From a virus: DNA of 64,000 nt. The notes below the pieces were generated by a model, which saw only the letters and a program-made list of their open reading frames with translations, ran no database searches and was not told where the DNA came from. Each line of letters opens with the position of its first letter. Within the stretch, counting starts at the first letter, position 1. The translations under genes and the position numbers were made by a program. Positions 58,397-64,000 of this stretch are shown in pieces. The DNA lies in the IMG/VR virus record IMGVR_UViG_3300024262_000018, positions 1-64,000 of that record, one strand, 5' to 3'.

Positions 58397-59141
58397 AATA
58401 ACTGTTGTAACCGCCGTAGATGACCAACATTTAAATGAGCTATGTTGCTCCTTTAAAACTTGGCTTAAATTTTTTCCAGATTTTTTCAAGAATAATCCTT
58501 ATGTTATAATGTATGATACTTCACAGGTTAAAGATACCGATCCTAGATTTAATATACTTTCTAGCTTAGATGTCACACTTATTCCCTGGGAAGATTCTAA
58601 AAATATATACGCAAATCAAAGAGAAAAGATGCTAACCTCTTTAGTTGTCTGTCCAGGACAACATGTAAAAACTAAGTGGTATCTTAAATTGGATACAGAC
58701 ACCCTAGCTGTAGAGACAAAAGACTGGATTAAACAGGAATGGTTTACCGATGATATAAAAATAATAGGAAGCCCCTGGGGTTACACAAAACCCCCCGATG
58801 CAATAGATATACTAGACGAATGGGGAGATAGCATTCCTGAGATTAGTGAGCATCCTAGGCTAAACTTGCATCCGAATCCAGGATCTAGTTTAGTTAGTCA
58901 TTCAAGACTAGTAACGTGGGTGTCTTTTTGTCAAACCGAATGGACAAAGTACATATCATCTTTTGTAGAAAGAGAAGATGGAGAATATAAGTTACCAGTA
59001 GCATCGCAAGATACCTATTTGATTTATATTGCCCAAAGAATGAAGTATGAATATTTAAAAATTAAATTTAAACGTCTAGGATGGAGTCATATTTCTAGAT
59101 ATCGTAAACTAAAAAGGACATGCGAAGAACTATGTCGATAA
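58389..59141 (+). CDS. GT-A fold glycosyltransferase-like protein
   Basis: ITVVTAVD, WYLKLDTD, SQDT. Confidence 0.6.
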   Translation: MDKITVVTAVDDQHLNELCCSFKTWLKFFPDFFKNNPYVIMYDTSQVKDTDPRFNILSSLDVTLIPWEDSKNIYANQREKMLTSLVVCPGQHVKTKWYLKLDTDTLAVETKDWIKQEWFTDDIKIIGSPWGYTKPPDAIDILDEWGDSIPEISEHPRLNLHPNPGSSLVSHSRLVTWVSFCQTEWTKYISSFVEREDGEYKLPVASQDTYLIYIAQRMKYEYLKIKFKRLGWSHISRYRKLKRTCEELCR

Positions 59142-59938
59142 ATCCTACAATCGAAATTTCTGTTCAAATGTTTGAATTCCAAAAGCGTTTTTGGTGGATG
59201 CTGTCATCTTTAATACAGCAAAAATCTTGGTTAGGTTTTTCAGTGCCAAAAATAAATGTCAAGATTTCGGCAATGTCTTTAAAAGATAGATTCGCCCCAT
59301 TAACACAAAAAATGATAAAAACTTTTGAGGGACTAATTGATATTTCTGTTAAAGAATATACAGATCCAGAGATTTTCGGAAATCGAGGACTGACCAGAAG
59401 TTATGATATTCAAGAGACAAAATCAGATTGGTTATTCTTTACAGACGCAGACATGATCTTTCATCCAGAATTCTTTTCTGAAATCGCTGCCGATTATTTG
59501 GAGCAGTGGCAAGGAACAGGCAAGATAATTACATCACCGAGGATAAATGTTCCAGCAGAAACGGCTTATAGGTTGGCGAATGATTTTAATTATGACTGCT
59601 CGGCTCCAGTTCCAGGGGCGTTTAAAACCTGTTGGGATTTAAAAGGAGATTATTCATGCAAGGGTAGAGCTCCAGGAGCGGGCTATTTTCAACTAATAGA
59701 AGTAAAATATTTGAAAGATAACAAAATAACTTATTGTGATAGAAAAAGAGACAGGAACTTGTTCCATCAGAACGGTAATAAGTTTATCTCTGATAAAGTG
59801 TTCAGGAGAAAATTAAACGGAACGATTGTCATGAAAAAGCCTAAAGATGAACTAGGTAGTCGAGATATACTAAAACCACTGTTGCATTTAAACCATTGGA
59901 GAAAATGCGATTTGGAATGGACTGATGAGGGACGGTAA
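59132..59938 (+). CDS. GT2-like glycosyltransferase
   Basis: DWLFFTDADMIF, GYFQL, SDKVF, LHLNH. Confidence 0.7.
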   Translation: MSINPTIEISVQMFEFQKRFWWMLSSLIQQKSWLGFSVPKINVKISAMSLKDRFAPLTQKMIKTFEGLIDISVKEYTDPEIFGNRGLTRSYDIQETKSDWLFFTDADMIFHPEFFSEIAADYLEQWQGTGKIITSPRINVPAETAYRLANDFNYDCSAPVPGAFKTCWDLKGDYSCKGRAPGAGYFQLIEVKYLKDNKITYCDRKRDRNLFHQNGNKFISDKVFRRKLNGTIVMKKPKDELGSRDILKPLLHLNHWRKCDLEWTDEGR

Positions 59939-59942
59939 TATT

Positions 59943-60329
59943 ATGATATTCACCGTAGGATATCACAATATAAGCCGTAAAGATTTAAAAGATAAGGTAA
60001 ACGAAAAAGATGCCGCTATTATCGATATTCGATATATCCCATTCTCTAGAAATCTTTTCTGGACACAAGATCAATTGCAGGAAGTCTTTGGGTCGAGGTA
60101 TTATCATATTAAGCAGCTAGGAAATGTTAATTATAAGATTAAAAATTCATTCAAAATATCAGACATAAATGCCGGTCTAGAATCCTTATCTCCAATATTA
60201 GAAAAATATAAAAATATCTTTCTATTGTGTGCCTGTAAGGATTTAAAAACTTGTCATCGCCTCATAATCGCTGAAGAAATAAAAAATAAATTAAACATCG
60301 AATACGAAGAATTTGATATGGACTCATGA
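59943..60329 (+). CDS. DUF488 family protein
   Basis: IFTVGY, IDIRYIPFSR, LGN, LLCAC...CHRLIIA. Confidence 0.85.
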   Translation: MIFTVGYHNISRKDLKDKVNEKDAAIIDIRYIPFSRNLFWTQDQLQEVFGSRYYHIKQLGNVNYKIKNSFKISDINAGLESLSPILEKYKNIFLLCACKDLKTCHRLIIAEEIKNKLNIEYEEFDMDS

Positions 60330-61297
60330 TCCTAAAAAATAACAAATCTATAAGTCAAAAGATAGACAAGAAACACAGGCGAGATAGGAGTACTCAAAAC
60401 TCTCTTGTTTTGCCCTCGACTTATCGAAAAAATCCTAATTTTGAATTCATTAAGAATAATTTAGTAAATAGCAAATTGTTCTCAGAAATAAGTTACCAAA
60501 AGCTACTAACGGCAAAGCATAGACAGACAATTAAAGTTAATGATGTGACTTGCGTTATAGACGGCATAGATAGCCCGAGTATAGAACTAGAAGATCTGCG
60601 AACAGATAAGATTTTTGAAAACGTAAATTTCATTTTTGTTTTGCAGTTCTGTGCAGCTAAGGCTGAACATTACGCATATCTAAGTAAGAAATCTGGCATC
60701 AATATACTCCCATTAATATATGGTACAAGTGGTCGTTTTTCTATAAGACAATTCAATTGGAGAAAAACTAATCATAAGTATTTGGCCCATTTCGGATTTG
60801 GAGTTTCGGTCCAAAAACATAGAAAAAAATGGATAGCAAAAGCTAAACAAAACGGTAATTTTCTAGTTAGTTACACTAGCGGAAAGATTTTCGCAGAAGC
60901 TCTTAAGGATTGCAAATGGGGAGTTTCTTTAAAGGGCTCTGGAGTCCGACATGATGGCAAATGTTATAGAGAAGCCGAATTTTTATCATGCGGAATGCCC
61001 TTAGCCCTAGACTATCAGCCTAGCTATTCTTTTCCGTTTCTTCCTAATGTTCACTATTTATACTTAGATAGCCCGTCAATGCTAGATGACCTAGACAAAA
61101 TAGATCCAGAACCTTTTGCGAAGCGGTCAAAAGCGCTTTGGAGGAACTATTACTGTCCGTCAACATTTACTAATTTATTTTTATCTATTCTTTATGATGA
61201 AGATTATAGGGCTTCAATACCGAATTTCTGGCCTGGTAGCAAAAAAACAAGATCTACGATCAAATTAGAAAAAATAAGGTTTAAGAAAAATGGATAA
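60326..61297 (+). CDS. GT-B/exostosin-like glycosyltransferase
   Basis: ALKDCKWGVSLKG...KCYREAEFLSCGMPL...PNVHYL. Confidence 0.55.
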   Translation: MILKNNKSISQKIDKKHRRDRSTQNSLVLPSTYRKNPNFEFIKNNLVNSKLFSEISYQKLLTAKHRQTIKVNDVTCVIDGIDSPSIELEDLRTDKIFENVNFIFVLQFCAAKAEHYAYLSKKSGINILPLIYGTSGRFSIRQFNWRKTNHKYLAHFGFGVSVQKHRKKWIAKAKQNGNFLVSYTSGKIFAEALKDCKWGVSLKGSGVRHDGKCYREAEFLSCGMPLALDYQPSYSFPFLPNVHYLYLDSPSMLDDLDKIDPEPFAKRSKALWRNYYCPSTFTNLFLSILYDEDYRASIPNFWPGSKKTRSTIKLEKIRFKKNG

Positions 61298-62354
61298 AAA
61301 AAACAGTGATATCGGACAAAAACTTATCGCTCTCAACTTTAGACCACCAGAAGATGGAAATATAGAATATAATATAAGTAGGACATTCACTAAAGATAAA
61401 TTTGTTATTATCCAGGTTGCAGATACTGGTAATAAATTTTCAGAGATCTTACTATATAAAAATATATCTTTAGCGGATATAGCTTCTAAAAATACTTTAT
61501 CATCATTATATGGAAAAAATTTGATAGCTAGGTTTGTGAATAGCGAAGAAGGATGGTTATTGGCTATTCATTGTTGTAATAAACTACCAGAAGACGATAA
61601 AGCGAATAATATTTATACAAACGGCATTATGCTGGCTCCAAACGGTGATGTGATGTGTAGATGCGGAAAAGATCGTATTAAATGGTATCTAAAAAAGGGA
61701 TTAGCTAAATTAGAAAGTGATGATCCCCCAACTATAAGATTAAACTTTGAGCCAGAAGCTCATGGAAAGAAAGATGATCCGTACTATTTACAAGAAATAA
61801 AAAATCAGTGCGTTATTTGTGGTGCTGTTCAAGACTTATCTAAACATCATGTAATTCCCTACTGTTTTCGCAAATTCTTTCCAAAAGAAGTAAAAGAAAA
61901 TAGCTCGCACGATGTCCTCTTACTTTGCAGAGATCATCATAATAAATATGAAAAAGAAGCTGATAAATTAAAAAAAGAATTAGCAAAAAAGTATAAATGT
62001 AATTTCTCCGGCACAATAAAAATTGATTTAAATTTAAAAAAAATAAAAGACGCCGCAATCGCGTTACTAAAAAGAGACAACGAGATGTCGGCATCTACAA
62101 TAAGGAAACTCAAACAAAAAATTAAAAAGCACTATAAAAGACAAAAATTTTCCGCGAAAGATCTAGAGAGTGCCGCCAAAATAAAGTATAGAATTAAAAG
62201 CGAAGATCGTCTTGCCTACGGAGAGCATGTAATTCGTTCTATTGGCTCTCTAGACGATTTTATGATTATGTGGAGAAAACACTTCGTAGAGTTAATGAGC
62301 CCAAAATTCTTACCAGAATATTGGGATATCAATAAAAAAATAACCAGAAACTGA
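61290..62354 (+). CDS. HNH protein resembling the C-terminal domain of EXD2
   Basis: MLAPNG..MCRC..WYL.KGLA, RLNFEP, NQCVICG, HHVIP..FRKFFP, SHDVLLLC, WRKHF..MSPKFLP. Confidence 0.75.
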   Translation: MDKKNSDIGQKLIALNFRPPEDGNIEYNISRTFTKDKFVIIQVADTGNKFSEILLYKNISLADIASKNTLSSLYGKNLIARFVNSEEGWLLAIHCCNKLPEDDKANNIYTNGIMLAPNGDVMCRCGKDRIKWYLKKGLAKLESDDPPTIRLNFEPEAHGKKDDPYYLQEIKNQCVICGAVQDLSKHHVIPYCFRKFFPKEVKENSSHDVLLLCRDHHNKYEKEADKLKKELAKKYKCNFSGTIKIDLNLKKIKDAAIALLKRDNEMSASTIRKLKQKIKKHYKRQKFSAKDLESAAKIKYRIKSEDRLAYGEHVIRSIGSLDDFMIMWRKHFVELMSPKFLPEYWDINKKITRN

Positions 62355-62372
62355 ATAAAAAAGGAGAAAACA

Positions 62373-62780
62373 ATGGTTCCATTACGCCGCAAAGAAATTT
62401 ATCAATCAGATGACGGACGCTATGTCGAGGTCTTTACGAAAATTAATGAAATCGGCGAAACAAAAGAGCCAGGAGAAGTCGGTGATAACGAGCAACCCGA
62501 GTATTCTCCTGCTGAACAAGTTTTTGTTGGTGTTGCCCACATTCCTGTCGGTCCAACCGTAAAAGAAATTAAATTTGAGATCCCCGAGGCCACGACAATA
62601 GAAGATGCTTTTGATAAGTATCACGATATAGCATACGGTGCTGCTCAAGAATTTATGAAGATGTTGCAAGAGAATATGTCAAAGCAACAATCAAAAATTG
62701 TAACCGCAGACGCCACCGCGTTAGCGGGGATAGATCAACTTTCTAAACAAAATAACGGAAAGCCAACCATAATCGTTTAA
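62373..62780 (+). CDS. hypothetical protein
   Basis: SD AAGGAG. Confidence 0.7.
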   Translation: MVPLRRKEIYQSDDGRYVEVFTKINEIGETKEPGEVGDNEQPEYSPAEQVFVGVAHIPVGPTVKEIKFEIPEATTIEDAFDKYHDIAYGAAQEFMKMLQENMSKQQSKIVTADATALAGIDQLSKQNNGKPTIIV

Positions 62781-62794
62781 AAGGAATCCCCAAA

Positions 62795-63142
62795 ATGAAA
62801 ATAAGAAACGGATTTGTCTCAAATAGTAGTAGCGCAAGCTTTTGTATTGTAAAAAGCGACCTAACACCTCTACAGCTTGATATGATCCGTAATGGGGAGA
62901 AATACTTAAATATTATGACAGATGCTCGATATCTTGATTTTTATAATAAAGATGATTATTGGGATATCTGTGAAGATCTTGAAGAAATCAAGGGGCATAC
63001 CACAATAGATAATTTTGATATGCGTAGCTATTTAACCTATATCGGCGTTGAAAGTTCTTATATCAAATGGTTTGATGTTATAGGCACAAATAGATATGGA
63101 GAAGATGCTCTATATAAAAAGGATAATGAAAATGAAGATTAG
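62795..63142 (+). CDS. MKIRNGFVSNSSS-family protein 1
   Basis: N-terminal motif. Confidence 0.8.
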   Translation: MKIRNGFVSNSSSASFCIVKSDLTPLQLDMIRNGEKYLNIMTDARYLDFYNKDDYWDICEDLEEIKGHTTIDNFDMRSYLTYIGVESSYIKWFDVIGTNRYGEDALYKKDNENED

Positions 63143-63668
63143 GAACGGTTTCGTAAGTAATTCCAGTAGTTCTAGTTTTATTATATCTAGGGATGCGTAT
63201 GATGACATTTTTGAAGTCGCCATAGAAATGATAGGCCAAAGAGAGTGGGCGGGTGACGAAGAATTGATAAAAAAAATAAAAATGGCTAAAGAATCCGGAG
63301 AATATGCTCTTAATGCTCCTTTAGCTTTTGACTCGTGTAATTATAATACTTTTATAATTCAAGAACATGACATAGAGAGCGGAAAAGAAGTTTATCATAT
63401 TACCACTTGTCACAACCATCCATTCGAACTTAGGGGCGAAGTTGGCGGTGGAGGCGGTGAAGATGATGGAGATAATATCTGTGAAAAATATTATTTCTGG
63501 TGGCCAGAATATGATATACTAGCCAAGACCGCTACTCCTAAAGAAATAGAGAATGCTAAAATTTCTAAAGAAAACTACCATTTTTGCGAAAAACATTATT
63601 ATGATTATCTAATGTTAAGAAATAAAAAAATTATTTGCCCCAAATGCGAGCAGGAGAAGAAAAAATGA
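63132..63668 (+). CDS. MKIRNGFVSNSSS-family protein 2 (C-terminal Zn finger)
   Basis: motif starts at ATG 63132; CEKH...CPKC. Confidence 0.8.
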   Translation: MKIRNGFVSNSSSSSFIISRDAYDDIFEVAIEMIGQREWAGDEELIKKIKMAKESGEYALNAPLAFDSCNYNTFIIQEHDIESGKEVYHITTCHNHPFELRGEVGGGGGEDDGDNICEKYYFWWPEYDILAKTATPKEIENAKISKENYHFCEKHYYDYLMLRNKKIICPKCEQEKKK

Positions 63669-64000
63669 AAATTAGAAATGGTTTCGTGTCGAACTCAAGC
63701 AGTTCAAGCTTTTGCCTCTATGGAGCTTGCCTCGATAAAGGAGAAATGCTTGAAATTAAATTTAAAGATACAAAAAATAAAGAAGATTACGACGAGTATG
63801 ATGACGACGAAGAGTTCGGTGACAATTGGGAAAGGCTAGAAAAAGCCCTCCATGAATTTAATTTGTCTGGGGAGGGGGACTATGACTGGACGGATATATA
63901 CATAGGAAGAAGTTGGACTAAAATAAAAGATGAAGAAACTGCCAGACAATTTAAAGATAATATAGAAAAAGATATAAAAGCCTTCTTTCACACATATCTA
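63665..64000 (+). CDS. MKIRNGFVSNSSS-family protein 3 (runs off window; not in track)
   Basis: ATGA overlap; MKIRNGFVSNSSSSSFCLYG... Confidence 0.8.
   Translation, partial: MKIRNGFVSNSSSSSFCLYGACLDKGEMLEIKFKDTKNKEDYDEYDDDEEFGDNWERLEKALHEFNLSGEGDYDWTDIYIGRSWTKIKDEETARQFKDNIEKDIKAFFHTYL

Noticed and set aside
1-64000. stop-codon reassignment
   Set aside because: long genes read through in code 11, TAG and TGA both end well-supported genes, and no suppressor anticodon was found
1-64000. DGR, retron or prophage integration module
   Set aside because: no reverse transcriptase, integrase or template/variable repeat pair recognised

Overview
AT-rich (visually about one-third G+C) fragment of a large tailed dsDNA phage (jumbo-phage-like), standard genetic code. 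Bases 1-47.2 kb are almost all minus-strand virion morphogenesis genes: terminase large subunit, a portal with three inteins and a C-terminal DUF559-type nuclease, a ~2,290-aa prohead protease/scaffold polyprotein with an Ala-1 intein, a decoration protein, an HK97-fold major capsid protein, many probable internal head proteins, fibre-like proteins and a glycosyltransferase operon. From 47.3 kb the plus strand carries a tRNA cluster interleaved with HNH endonucleases, nucleotide/ADP-ribose enzymes (MazG-like, NADAR), a glycosylase plus multi-glycosyltransferase operon, an EXD2-like HNH protein and a tandem MKIRNGFVSNSSS family. Most notable: (i) a degenerate copy of the capsid protein and a stand-alone copy of the portal clip segment, both behind the same 14-bp motif (candidate structural-decoy regulon); (ii) a recurring (F/Y)NLK-x-A / K-x-A-(Q/S) motif across head proteins and enzymes (candidate packaging/cleavage signal); (iii) two tRNA-Gln genes with long variable arms nested inside a split tRNA; (iv) a candidate -1 frameshift. 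All calls come from motif recognition by eye; no database searches were run.
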